Translations under genes and position numbers: made by a program
Notes under the pieces: model-generated
The model's database searches: none
Told to the model about the DNA's origin: nothing
The model's input: the letters and a program-made list of their open reading frames with translations, nothing else
Origin: Octopus sinensis
Taxonomy: Eukaryota
Assembly: GCF_006345805.1 (NCBI RefSeq)
Contig: NC_043007.1
Location: 1,798,001-1,862,000 of the forward strand
Direction: 5' to 3'
DNA: 64,000 nt
Shown here: positions 1 through 12,964 of the stretch, piece after piece
Layout of the letters: each line of letters starts with the position of its first letter
Position numbering within the stretch: the first letter of the stretch is position 1

Positions 1-127
1 AAGACAGATGGAGGCAAAGAAACAACTGTCCTCAGATTGGTGACCTAATCCTTATGCCTATAATAGTGGGGACTCTACTAAGGGTACCAAATGTCATGGT
101 GGTGGCATTTTCAGGTGAGCTGAAAAA

Positions 128-523
128 AGGCGGCGAGCTGGCAGAAGCGTTAGCATGCCGGGCGTAATGCTGAGCGGTATTTCATCTGCCGCTATGTTCT
201 GAGTTCAAATTCCGCCGAGGTCAACTTTGCCTTTTATCCTTCCAGGGTCGATAAATTAAGTACCAGTTACGCACTGGGGTAGTGGCATTTTCAGGTGAGC
301 TGGCAGAAACGTTAGCACGCAGGGCGGAATGCTGAGCGGTATTTCATCTGCCGTTACGTTCTGAGTTCAAATTCCACCGAAGTCGACTTTGCCTTTCATC
401 CTTCCGAGTCGATTAAATAAGTACCAGTTATGCACTGGGGTCGATGTAATCGACTTAATCCATGTGTCTGTCCTTGTTCGTCCTCTCTGTGTTTAGCCCC
501 TTGTGGGTAGTAAAGAAACAGGT
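128..523 (+). mobile_element. Two tandem copies of tRNA-headed SINE family A (first 3'-truncated, second full length)
   Basis: Head GGCGAGCTGGCAGAA, B-box-like GAGTTCAAATTCC, core GTCGACTTTGCCTTTCATCCTT..GGTCGATTAAATAAGTACCAG, tail AGCCCCTTGTGGGTAGTAAAGAAA..GGTA. The same sequence recurs at 987, 49201, 49827 and 62685. Confidence 0.8.
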
Positions 524-986
524 AGTGGCATTTTCAGTGATCAATTAGGTCTGCCCCCTGAGAAATAAATTCATGCATCCTTCCACTTTGGCCGGGATGC
601 ATCATATTAATAAAGTTAATTCTGTCTTTTGTTTACTTTCTCAGTATCTCCAAGACATCCAGATAGGCTCCTTGCATCTTGCAGGGAAGAAGAGTCAGTA
701 ACAATATTGATTTCAGTTTTTGGCACTAGGCCAGTAATTTCGGGTGAAGCGCAAGTTGATTACATGAACCCCATTGCTTAACTGGTACTGTTTTATTGAT
801 CCCCGAAAGGCAAGGTTGAACTTGGCAGAATTTGAACTCAGAATGTAGAGACAGATGAAAAGCTGTTAAGCAGTTTTCCCCGTGTGCTAACCATTCTGTC
901 AGCTCAGCACCTTAGAGTCAGGAAGAATAGAGGCTGAATGATGTAACTATGGATACTTTAAAATATGACTGCTGATTTAAACTAAC

Positions 987-1204
987 TTCTTTACTACCCA
1001 GAAGGGGCTAAACACAGAGGGGACAAACACAGGGATTAATATGATTACATTGACCCCAGTGCGTAACTGGTACTTAATTTATCAACCCCGAAAGGATGAG
1101 AGGCAAAGTCAACCTTGGCGGAATTTGAACTCAGAACGTAATGGAAGACGAAAAACGGCTACGCATTTTGCCTGGCATGCTAACTATTCTACCAGCTCAC
1201 CGCC
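987..1204 (-). mobile_element. SINE family A copy
   Basis: Reverse complement of the family A sequence at 294-523, with an internal deletion. Confidence 0.75.
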
Positions 1205-1495
1205 TTATGATTTAAACTAGCAAGAGAAAAATGACCCTGCACACAGTGGAAATAAAATTTTTCGCAATGGGGGAAATATACTTACAAAATAGACTTTGCT
1301 ACTTCAGTGACGTGACTGCCAATTTATGAAGCAATTATGATTTTGGATCGCTGGTTTAAGGACAGTCCAACAAATAGAATTCCACACCATTTCTGCTTAT
1401 CTAGTTTCATTCACAAGGCCCATAAGGTGCACAGGGTTTGGTCCAAGAGCCACAGTGTTCAGATGTGGAAATCTTAATTTCAGGGCCATGCATGT

Positions 1496-4400
1496 CTTGT
1501 GTCTCCTCTCCTGCAAGGCACCTTTTCCTGTGTCTCCTCTTCTGCAAGGCACCTTTTCCTGTGTCTCCTCTCCTGCAAGGCACCTTTTCCTGTGTCTCCT
1601 CTCCTGCAAGGCACCTTTTCCTGTGTCTCCTCTTCTGCAAGGCACCTTTTCCTGTGTCTCCTCTTCTGCAAGGAACACCTTCCTGTGTCTCCCTCTCTGC
1701 AAGGCACCTTTTCCTGTGTCTCCTCTTCTGCAAGGCACCTTTTCCTGTGTCTCCTCTTCTGCAAGGCACCTTTTCCTGTGTCTCCTCTCCTGCAAGGCAC
1801 CTTTTCCTGTGTCTCCTCTCCTGCAAGGCACCTTTTCCTGTGTCTCCTCTCCTGCCAAGGCACCTTTTTCCTGTGTCTCCTCTCCTGCAAGGCACCTTTT
1901 CCTGTGTCCTCCTCCTCTCCTGCAAGGCACCTTTTCCTGTGGTCTCCTCTCCTGCAGGCACCGTTTCCTGTGTCTCCTCTCCTGCAAGGCAACTTTTCCT
2001 GTGTCTCCTCTCCTGCAAAGGCCCTTTTCCTGTGTCTCTGTTCCCCTCTTCTGCAAGGCAACCTTTTCCTGTGTCTCCTCTCCTTTCTGCAAGGCACCTT
2101 TTCCCTGTGTCCCTCTCTCCTGCAAGGCACTTTTCCTGTGTCTCGCTCTCGCCGGCACCTTTTCCTGTGTCTCCTCTTCTGCAAGGCACCTTTTCCCTGT
2201 GTCTCCTCTCCTGCAAGGCACCTTTTCCTGTGTCTCCTCTTCTGCAAGGCACCTTTTCCTGTGTCTCCTCTCCTGCAAGGCACCTTTTTCCTTTGTCTCC
2301 TCTCCTGCAAGGCACCCTTTTCCTGTGTCTCCTCTCCTGCAAGGCACCTTTTCCTGTGTCTCCTCTTCTTCTGCAAGGCACCTTTTCCTGTGTCTCCTCT
2401 CCTGCAAGGCAACCTTTTTCTTCCTGTGTCTCCTCTTCTGCAAGGCACCTTTTCCTGTGTCTCCTCTCCTGCAAGGCACCTTTTCCTGTGTCTCCTCTTC
2501 TGCAAGGCACCTTTTCCTGTGTCTCCTCTTCTGCAAGGCACCTTTTCCTGTGTCTCCTCTCCTGCAAGGCACCTTTTCCTGTGTCTCCTCTCCTGCAAGG
2601 CACCTTTTCCTGTGTCTCCTCTCCTGCAAGGCACCTTTTCCTGTGTCTCCTCTCCTGCAAGGCAACCTTTTCTCCTGTGTCCTCCTCTCCTGCAAGGCAC
2701 CTTTTCCTTGTCTCCTCTCCTGCAAGGCACCTTTTCCTGTGTCTCTCCTCTTCTGCAAGGCACCTTTTCCTGTGTCTCCTCCCTCTCTTCTGCAAGGCAC
2801 CTTTTCCTGTGTCTCCTCTCCTGCAAGGCAACCTTTTCCTGTGTCCTCCTCTCTCCTGCAAGGCACCTTTTTCCTGTGTCTCTTCTCCTGCAAGGCACCT
2901 TTTCCTGTGTCTCCTCTCCTGCAAGGCACCTTTTCCTGTGTCCCCCTCTCCTGCAAGGCACCTTTTCCTGTGTCTCCTCTCCTGCAAGGCACCTTTTCCT
3001 GTGTCTCGTCTCCTCTCTGCAAGGCACCTTTTTTCCTGTGTCTCCTCTTCTGCAGGCACCTTTTCCTGTGTCCTCTCTCTCCTGCAAGGCACCTTTTCCC
3101 TGTGTCTCCTCTCCTGCAAGGCACCTTTTCCTGTGTCTCTCTCCTGCAGGCACCTTTTCCTGTGTCTCCTCTCCTGCAAGGCACCTTTTCCTGTTCTCTT
3201 CTCCTGCAAGGCACCTTTTCCTGTGTCTCCCTCCTGCAAGGCACCTTTTCCTTTTCCTGTGTCTCCTCTCCTGCAAGGCACCTTTTCCTGTGGTCTCCTC
3301 TTCTGCAAGGCACCTTTTCCTGTGTCTCCCTCTTCTGCAAGGCACCTTTTTCCTGTTCTCCTCTCTCTCCGCAAGGCACCTTTTCCTGTGTGTCTCCTCT
3401 TCTGCAAGGCACCTTTTCCTGTGTCTCCTCTCTCCTGCAAGGCACCTTTTCCCTGTGTCTCCTCTCCTGCAAGGCACCTTTTCCTGTGTCTCCTCTCCTG
3501 CAAGGCACCTTTTCCTGTGTCTCCTCTCCCTGCAAGGCACCTTTTCCTGTGTCTCCTCTCCTGCAAAGCACCTTTTTCCTGTGTCTCCCTCTTCTGCAAG
3601 GCACCTTTTCCCTGTGTCTCCTCTTCTGCAAGGCACCTTTTCCTGTGTCTCCTCTCCTGCAAGGCCCTTTTCCTGTGTCTCCTTCTCTGCAAGGCACCTT
3701 TCCTGTCTCCTCTTCTGCAAGGCACCTTTTCCTGTGTCTCCTCTCCTGCAAGGCACCTTTTTCCTGTGTCTCCTCTTCTGCAAGGCACCTTTTCCTGTGT
3801 CTCCTCTTCTGCAAGGCAACCTTTTCCTTCCTGTGTCTCCTCTTCCTCTCCTGCAAGGCACCTTTTCCTGTGTCTCCTCTTCTGCAAGGCACCTTTTTCC
3901 TGTGTCTCCTCTTTCTGGTCTACTCTTCTGCAGGCACCTTTTCCTGTGTCTCCTCTCCTGCAAGCACCTTTCCTGTGTCTCCATCCCTGCAAGGCACCTT
4001 TTCCTGTGTCTCCTCTCCTGCAAGGCACCTTTTCCTGTGTCTCCTCCTCTCCTGCAAGGCACCTTTTCCTGTGTCTCCTCTCCTGCAAGGCAACCTTTTC
4101 CTGTGTCTCCTCTCCTGCAAGGCACCTTTTCCTGTGTCTCCTCTCTGCAAGGCACCTTTTCCGTGTCCTCCTCTATCTGCAAGGCAACCTTTTCCCTGTG
4201 TCTCTCCTCCTGCAAGGCACCTTTTCCTGTGTCTCCTCTTCTGCAAGGCACCTTTTCCTGTGTCTCCTCTCCTGCAAGGCACCTTTTCCTGTGTCTCCTC
4301 TCCTGCAAGGCACCTTTTCCTGTGTCTCCTCTCCTGCAAGGCACCTTTTCCTGTGTCTCCTCTCCTGCAAGGCACCTTTTCCTGTGTCTCCTCTCCTGCA

Positions 4401-5143
4401 AGGCACCTTTTCCTGTGTCTCCCTCCTGTCCCCAGCTCCTCTCCTGCAAGGCACCTTTTCCTGTGTCTCCTCCTCTCTGCAAGGCACCTTTTCCTGTGTC
4501 CTCCTCTCCTGCAAGGCACCTTTTTCCTGTGTCTCCTCTTCTGCAAGGCACCTTTCTGTTCTGTTTCTCCTCTTCTGCAAGGCACCTTTTCCTGTGTCTC
4601 CTCTCCTGCAAGGCACCTTTTCCTGTTCCTGTGTCTCCCCTCTCCTGCAAGGCACCTTTTCCTGTGTTCTCTCTCCTGCAAGGCACCTTTTCCTGTTCTC
4701 CTCTTCTGCAAGGCACCTTTTCCTGTGTCTCCTCTTCTGCAAGGCACCTTTTCCTGTGTCTCCTCTCCTGCAAGGCACCTTTTCCTGTGTCTCCTCTTCT
4801 GCAAGGCACCTTTTCCTGTGTCCTCCTCTTCGCAAGGCACCTTTCCTGTGTCCTCCTCTTCTGCAAAAGGCACCTTTTCCTGTGTCTCCTCTCCTGCAAG
4901 GCACCTTTTCCTGTGTCTCCTCTCCTGCAAGGCACCTTTTCCTGTGTCTCCTCTCCTCTCCTGCAAGGCACCTTTTCCCTGTGTCTCCTCTCCTGCAAGG
5001 CACCTTTTTCCTGTGTCTCCTCTCCTGCAAGGCACCTTTTCCTGTGTCTCCTCTCCTGCAAGGCACCTTTTCCTGTGTCTCCTCTCCTGCAAGGCACCTT
5101 TTCCTGTGTCTCCTCTCCTGCAAGGCACCTTTTCCTGTGTCTC
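1496..5143. repeat. 31-bp tandem satellite, about 115 copies (CCTGTGTCTCCTCT[C/T]CTGCAAGGCACCTTTT)
   Basis: Period read directly (GTGTCTCC at 1561 and 1592). Frequent 1-3 bp indels in homopolymers; a C/T variant at one position. Confidence 0.97.
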
Positions 5144-5388
5144 TTATCATACTCTCACCTCCACCAACACTATACTCTACCTCAGATGTGGTGGCCATGT
5201 CTTGCAAATTACTTGGTAACCTCACTAGTGCCACCACCATGGCAAAAAAAGCACCTGGTTGACTCTGTAAAGTGGTTGGTGTTAGGAAGGGCATCGCACC
5301 ATAGGAGCCCTAGCCCAAAGCAGACATTGGTGCTCAGTGCAGTCTTCTGTTGCATCAGTTCTTGTTGAACTACCACCCAGCCCATGTT

Positions 5389-5570
5389 ATCATCTTCATC
5401 ACTTAACGTTCGCTTTCCATGCTAGCATGGGTTGGACGATTTTGACTGAGGGCTGGCGAACCAGACGGCCGCACCAGGCTCCAATTTTGATCTGGCAGAG
5501 TTTCTATAGCTGGATGCCCTTCCTAACACCAACCACTCTGAGAGTGTAGAGGGTGCTTTTTACGTGCCAC
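5389..5570 (-). mobile_element. Short element matching the RTE LINE 3' UTR (SINE or truncated LINE)
   Basis: Reverse complement of GAGTGGTTGG..TTAGGAAGGGCATCCAGCT...CCAACCCATGCTAGCATGGAAA..(GAT)n, the same sequence as the LINE 3' end at 27420-27589. Confidence 0.75.
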
Positions 5571-6599
5571 AGCATTTAAAAGAAATGTTAAATGTTGATG
5601 GCAGCTAATTCTTTTTTACAAACTGGATGTAAAAGAGACTGCTGTATACACGAGTATTATGTAACTATTGCAGTCATCATTGGTGAGTGTGTATAAGGTA
5701 GAAACCTGTACTAGCTTTCTCCCTAATGTTGTTTAGGTGCCCATGCAGTTATGAACAGACAGAAAAGCTTTCTCTACCCTCCTGTCTTTGAATCGGCTAA
5801 AACATTCAGAGTGTGATTGCTAGACTGGGCTGCTACACATTTTTCAGCTGAGTAGAATGCAAGGACATGAAATGAAGTGCGTTGCTCAAGGTTTCCATGT
5901 GCCACCTCAGCTAGGAATTGAAACACCACTCTTATGATTTCTAACAGCAACGCTCTAACCACTAAGCAGTGTATTTTCACTGTCAGTATATACAGAGTTT
6001 GAACAATTTTCAGTGTTGTTATTGTTTACGAGCAAAGCCAGACTTGTGGTACACGTAACAGAAGGAAGCCGGCACATTCTGAATAAACCAAAAATAATTA
6101 TGCAAGAAATATGGACAGTCTTCTTGCACCAGCAACTCTCATTTCTGCAATTATCTTAAGCATGATGGCTTTTCTTCTTGTTTGATTCCGTTCCATTCAT
6201 GTTGGGGATATTCTGATGTACTCTTTTTCCTTCTCAATTCACCATTAGGATTATGTAAATTTGGTTTTGCCAAAATGTTACATTATCTTCAACATTAACG
6301 GACAACATAATATATTGCATTTGTTGGCAAGATTCCTATTTTTAGTAGAATGCCGTCGTTTTTGTTATTATTATTATTATTATTATTTTCTTTTTATGCA
6401 TCATTTTGAAATGATTTCTTCTGACCTCAGTTCAATATATTAATCAAAACTTTCATCTTTTGAACTTCAATCCTGATGGTTTCCATTTTGTTCTTTTTTC
6501 TCCTTTTTTCTCTTTTCTTTCTTTCTTTCTTTCTTTCTTTTTCTTGTTTCTGTTTTGTATTTGTTATTATATTGGCAAGGAAAATAATCATGCATTACT

Positions 6600-6607
6600 A
6601 ATACTTA

Positions 6608-6657
<50 letters not shown>

Positions 6658-6771
6658 TCCATTATTTCCATTATTATTATTATTTTTATTATTATTATTT
6701 TTATTATTATCATTATTATTATTATTATTATTATTATTAGTAGTAGTAGTAGTAGTATTAGTAGTAGTATT

Positions 6772-6814
<43 letters not shown>

Positions 6815-6846
6815 GTAGTAGTAGTAGTAGTATTAGTAGTAGTATT

Positions 6847-6886
<40 letters not shown>

Positions 6887-6912
6887 GTAGTAGTAGTAGT
6901 AGTAGTAGTATT
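6600..6912. repeat. Compound (ATT)n/(AGT)n microsatellite
   Basis: Read directly from sequence. Confidence 0.95.
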
Positions 6913-8772
6913 TATTTGTTTGTATGTATTTCTCTCCTTTTTTGTCTGTTTGTCTTCTATGATACATTTGTACATGTGGCTTTTTTATTCATTTCCTGGT
7001 GAAATTTCAACATTTATCAAGAGATCTCATCATTTAACCTTCCATATTCAATATCTAAAAACTGTCGTTTCATAAGCTTTAAATAATGTAATTGTAATAT
7101 TCTTCACAGGTGGCCAGCATTATCATTTACTGTATTTTAGTAGTATTTAAATAAGAAAAAGCTTAACAGCAACAACAATAATAATAGTAATAATAATAAT
7201 AATAAAATACGAATGATCCAAAATTCTGATTGTTTCAAATTCTATGTTTGGCTAGCCAGCTCACTGAAATAGTAGTTTTAATCTTTTTTTTGTTCTTTTT
7301 TTTGTATAAATGCATTTTCTCCGATGTCAAGAAGTCTTGCGTAGTATAATCCAGCTTTTAATAATATGGTACTGCTTGGTATAGCATCTGTTCACTAGTC
7401 TTTGTAGCTAGCTATTGTGTTTTACTGTATCGTAATTTGTGTTTTTGTTATTCTGCCAATATTCTTATTGGCTCTTCTTCCCCTGCCAGATGCCAGACTC
7501 CCCTCCTCTTTTACAGATGCTCTTCAAATTTTAGAAGTTTTTCTATAGAGACCACATTTGCTAGTCTTAAACAAATGAAGTTGTGTCCTTCAACCTTGCA
7601 TTAATTTGGAAATTTGTAGCTACTGTGAAGGACTGCTCCTCTGCTTCCTAATAAGAAAAAATACCCTTAATTTTTATTCTCTATAGTCTCTTTATCCCTT
7701 CAGTCTACCTGACAAGGTTAGAAAAAAAAACCTGATGGTTTTGCCAATGTGTGTGTATTTGTATCATAGTGTAGCAGTTGATGTAGTCACCTAAATCTTT
7801 CAAACCTTTCATCAAAAGAATCTTCCTTTGCATTTCATACTGTGTCTTTATGTTTCAAGTCTAAGATCTGTGGTTAAAGTGATGTTTAATCCCTACTAGA
7901 CAAATTCCGAAATGAATGAGTGTATGTGTAATAACTAACCTTAAGGTCTTGGCTGTTAAACTTTTATAATCTTTACTAGTGATGGATGTCTTATCCATAC
8001 ACTTGTGCATTATGTAATTAACTAGGCAATGTCTATCTAAGCATCAAGCCTTCCTGTTAAATTGATTGCAGTTTTGATTACAGTTACAATCATAATATCC
8101 AGTATTATTATTACTGCTTCTTCACCCATCTTTTTTAAACTTTTTTCCTTCACCATTATGATAATGAATTTGTTTGCTTCCTTATCACCAAAAAAGAATA
8201 CGAAAAAGAAATGGAAGTATCTCTTTCTATACTTTCAAGCATGTGATGTTTTCTACAAGCTTAAGATTTGTGGAATAAGATAACTGAGCATTACTTTTGC
8301 CAAAGAGCTTTAGCGTTCTACTTAAAATCCGATAGGTATATTAATTCGCTATGATCCAAAATCCGTTTAGCACTCCTTATGAAATTTTTGTTATTGACTT
8401 TCATATTCCAACAAAGTATTGTATTATCTTTCCTTATATCCTGTCTATTCTATATTTTACAAAAATGGTTCTTGTTGTTATTCATACCCAAATACATTTT
8501 ATGTATTTAGCATGAATATTATAGAATTAGCACATGCTTCAGATGCCTTCAGCACAAGGCTCCTGGTTACAAAAAGAAGAATGAGATGCGTTTAGGGGGG
8601 AAAAAAGGAGAAAAACAAGTTATATTAATCTACATGTTGCTTAAAGCTTTTTAACGTTATGGTGTCTTTTTTTTCCTAATCTTTTTATTCCTAATCCTTA
8701 TTGTGTGAAAATGTTACACATATTTCCTTGCTACGATTCAGTAAAATAGCTGATAGCCATAAACGTGTGTGT

Positions 8773-8886
8773 ATGTATGTATAGTGTGTATAGCCTCTCT
8801 TGTGTGTATAGTGTGTATAGCCTCTCTTGTGTGTATAGTGTGTATAGCCTCTTTTGTGTGTATAGTGTGTATAACCTCTCTTGTAT
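8773..8886. repeat. 27-bp minisatellite, about 4 copies
   Basis: GTGTGTATAGTGTGTATAGCCTCTCTT repeated. Confidence 0.9.
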
Positions 8887-9472
8887 GCAGCCAAACATCT
8901 CTAAAAGATAGTCTCAGTCAAGTTTCATTAAACACCGACACCAGGATTCTTATTCCTCTTTCACTTAATGCTTATTCACTAATTAACTCATGCGTACTTT
9001 CTTTCATAATTTCATGAATTATTCCCAATCAGTAATCAATTCAGTTAATTACGATCTTTCCAATTGATTATTAGCATATGGCAAATTAGCATTCAGGATA
9101 TATTGTTTATGCAGTTACGTGTTTTATATACAGTTTTCACTTGGAAAAATCTTTGTTAAAACATTTGTATCAACCTAAATTGCACTTTTACCCTATCATA
9201 ATTGATTCTTGTTATCAGATCTTGGAATTTAAAAGATTTATAGTAAAACAGCATAGCAGAATGGTTAGGAGGTTTGTTTCATGATAACAAGACGGTGTTC
9301 AATCTCATGCTGTAATATTTTGAATGCGTACCTTTTAAAACAGCCTCCTGTCAACCCTTGTTTTGTGATTGAAATGGAATCGGTAAAAACTGTATGGAAG
9401 CCTGACCAATGGAGTGTCCATTTCAAATGAGCAAAACCCACTCTGTTTCTCTGATTCTGCTTCATAATTACA

Positions 9473-9690
9473 TTAACCCTTTTTGCTATTAGATTTCCCC
9501 TTCAAATTACACTGCCTTTGTTTCAATTAATTTTTAGAATAACGAAAAATTCAGTAAAATAACACTTTCATTATCAAGCTAATATTTTGAAAATAAATTA
9601 ATATGAAGATGTGATGGAATCACTTTAAAAGTGGGTGTTTGTATCACACAACTAGGAGCACTGTCAGGCAGGTTCATATCAAAAGAGTAA
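9473..9690. mobile_element. Degenerate piggyBac-like MITE
   Basis: Starts TTAA|CCCTTTT and ends ..TATCAAAAGAGTAA; diverged homologue of 36358-36588. Confidence 0.4.
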
Positions 9691-10638
9691 AAATTACACA
9701 CACCTGTGGAATACTCGACCACTTACATGTTAATTCATTAAGCAGTTGATTCAGTTGACTTCACAACTGATGATTTGGTTGGTTAATTATCTTATCATCA
9801 AAACCAGCCATCATCCAGTTACCATTTAGCATGTAGACCTTGTGTAGTCCTGTTAGTAACATTTCTTGATTTGTCCATATGGCAACACTATCTAAAGTTT
9901 CACTTCTAAAGTGTAAAATGTCTTCAAAAATAACTTCTTAAAATTAAATGATTTTTCTTTGATTTTTTTTTTTTCCCCAGTTTACTTTTCCTTCTTTAAA
10001 ATTTTACCCTCTCTCCATCTAATTGATTGAAATCTCAAATAGCTCCTAAAACACTTGACTATGTTTTTCTACTTTTATTATTCAGCTACATCTTATTATC
10101 TTACCTGAAAATTTTCTCTTTGATATTAGTTGCGTTAATGAAATCTGTTCCGTGGAATTAACTCTGTCTGTTGTTGTTATTGCTGTTACAATTCTTACAA
10201 TTTATTTATATTCTCATCAGTCAATCTTTTTTTTTTTTATATATAAACCATCAACAATTCTTCATCTTATTTTCCACCATCTTGTCTTCCAAATTAACAC
10301 ACTGTGCAAGCAAAACATCCGTGTGCAAATGAAACGATGACTGTTGGTAGTCATTACACTGCAAAAACATCTCAGACATGTATGCAATACGTGAAACACA
10401 CAAACAAACAGTACAAGCAATACATTACCAACTGTCATCCATTCAGCCGGGAGGATGACACATTCTTCACTCTCAGCAAACTGCGATGTTGACATCATGT
10501 TTTTGTATATACCACTCAGCATGAGATGAAGAAGGAACATCTGAGTGGGTTGTGAAATCATTGACAGAAACATGTTTTTTTTTTCTCTCTTTTTGGCTTC
10601 TATTAGACTTGAAGTGAAATGAATGTGTGTCCGTGTGT

Positions 10639-10685
<47 letters not shown>

Positions 10686-10710
10686 ATATATACATACATA
10701 ATATATATGT

Positions 10711-11037
10711 GGAGGTGCAATGGCCCAGTGCTTAGGGTAGCGGACTCGCGGTTGTGGGATCGCTGTTTCGATTATGAGACCGGGCGCTGTGTGTATTTAT
10801 TGGGCGCTGTGTGTACTTATTGGGCGAAAACACCTAAAGCTACAAGAGGCTCCGGCAGGGGGTGTTGGCGATCCCTGCTGTACTCTTTTGCCACAACTTT
10901 CTCTCACTCTTTCTTCTGTTGGCCTCCTCGCTTAGCCAGCGGGGTGGCGTCATATGAAGGCTAAAACAATGCGAAGCGCATTGTGACCAGCGATGTGCAG
11001 TAACATCTGATAGCCTGGTCAGTCACAGTGATTACGG

Positions 11038-11040
<3 letters not shown>
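10711..11040 (+). mobile_element. tRNA-headed SINE family B inserted in (TA)n
   Basis: A-box-like TGGCCCAGTG and B-box-like GTTTCGATT; the body recurs at 14075-14312; (TA)n on both sides. Confidence 0.7.
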
Positions 11041-11088
<48 letters not shown>

Positions 11089-11578
11089 TGTAAATAATAA
11101 TAATAATAATAATAATGGTATTTTTCTATAAGTTTAAAGCTTATGGTGATCACTGTGTAATGACTGAGGAAAATAGTCTAATAAAGGGGCCCTCAACAGA
11201 AAAAAAGTAGGCTTTCCTGTCCGCATGGGAGTCGAACACACATCCCTTTGTTAACGCGAGTAACTGTATTACCTTTACACCAGCGAATCAACTTCCCCGT
11301 TTCTGTCAAATTTAAGAACTAGGTATTAGTTTGTATTTGTTTTTATGTAAACAAACTTTCTACATGCTTTCAGTGTGAATGTTTTTTCTTTTTCTCATAC
11401 AGCACTGTGATTTAGCCTTCTTTTTCCTCTCGAGGGTTTATATGCCCGATTATTAGGCTACTTTCCTTTGTCATTGCAGGGTGATTCGCATAAGCTTTAA
11501 GCTTATATAAAAATACCATTATTATTATTTACCAATTCTAAATCACGGTGCCATATAAAAAAAAATATATTCACACTG

Positions 11579-11613
<35 letters not shown>

Positions 11614-12167
11614 TTCTCTCTGTGTTTATTTTCTCTTATTCCTTTCTGTTGAAGAGCATAGGCTCAAAATGTAAAAGATTTTTTCATTTTCCTGAGCATG
11701 AAACTAATACACCTGCTTGTTATTCTCTCAACTGTCTTCGTCTTTTGTTTTTCTATAAATTTCAACTATATATATATAAAATATTTTGCTTAGGCTTAGC
11801 CATACTGGTAACCTGGCATTAGAACTCAATATACATTGAATACAGGGCATAATATGAAATTAAATAAATGACAATGGAACCGTAAACTATGTAATGAACT
11901 GCTTTAGCTTACAGCTGTTTCTGCTACAAGGTGCTCATGCATTCAGAATTGAGTGCATATGCATCACTCAATAGCTTTCTCTTTTGCAGCTCTGATGAAG
12001 CTATAGAGTAGTGCACATGTATTTAGCTTTGTGTGCACTGCATCCTATAAGAGAAACAGCCATAAAGTAATTAAGTTCAGAGCATAATCTCCCGTTCCTT
12101 TGTCGTTTATTTAATTACATACATATGTGAGACTGTAGTTGTGGCTGATGCCAGTGGCAGGTCATTG

Positions 12168-12352
12168 GTACCTATGCCGGTGGCATGTAGAAAACTCCCA
12201 CTGCACTCTTGGAGTGGTTGGCATTGGGAAGGGCATCCAGCCATAGAAACTTTGCCAAACCAGATGAGAACCTGGTGCAGCCTCCTGGCATACCAGTTTT
12301 CAGTCAAACCGTTCAACCCTTGCCATCATGGAAAGGGGACATTAAATGATGA
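12168..12352 (+). mobile_element. RTE-3'-end-related short element
   Basis: GAGTGGTTGGCATTGGGAAGGGCATCCAGC...(GAT)n. Confidence 0.7.
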
Positions 12353-12888
12353 TAAATATATATATATATATATATATATAAACACACACTTCAGAATTTC
12401 GATGCATTTATGGATGTAGCACTTTTGGGTCTGCTCTATAAACCTGCATAGGCTTTGAGAGTGGAGGTGGTAGCAAACACAAGGGCTGCCCTGAGTGGCA
12501 CACTTGCTGGCTCTACCATTGGTTGAATCCCTTCCTTGTGCCAGCTGCCAGAACTCTCAATCTTTGGACCAAAGAACAGCCCAGATATTGCCATGTGAAG
12601 AACTGGAACAATGCCACCATCAAAAGGAATCTTTTGTTTATGATAAGTGATCACACATGAAGATGAGGGCTAATAAAAAATGTAAATATTGGCTTATGAT
12701 GAGCCCCTTCAATTTCTCCCTACGTATTTCACCCACAAGGTATTCGTTGTCCGGTGTCTGAGTAGTGGCATCCGAACCATATTGTCCATGTCACCATGTG
12801 GTTCTTAACCATGAAGCCATACCTGCACTTATATGCATGAACGGCACCCCACCCGTATCTGCATAAACAGATATATTGGTACACACAA

Positions 12889-12930
<42 letters not shown>

Positions 12931-12931
12931 T

Positions 12932-12964
<33 letters not shown>

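Noticed and set aside
1397-5368. Very long ORFs (373-1289 aa) on both strands
   Set aside because: They are translations of the 31-bp satellite, which has no stop codon in any frame. The frames shift with indels and there is no domain structure.
6460-7002. Poly-Ile/Ser/Asn/Thr and (YI)n, (CV)n, (TH)n ORFs here and across the window
   Set aside because: These are microsatellite translations.
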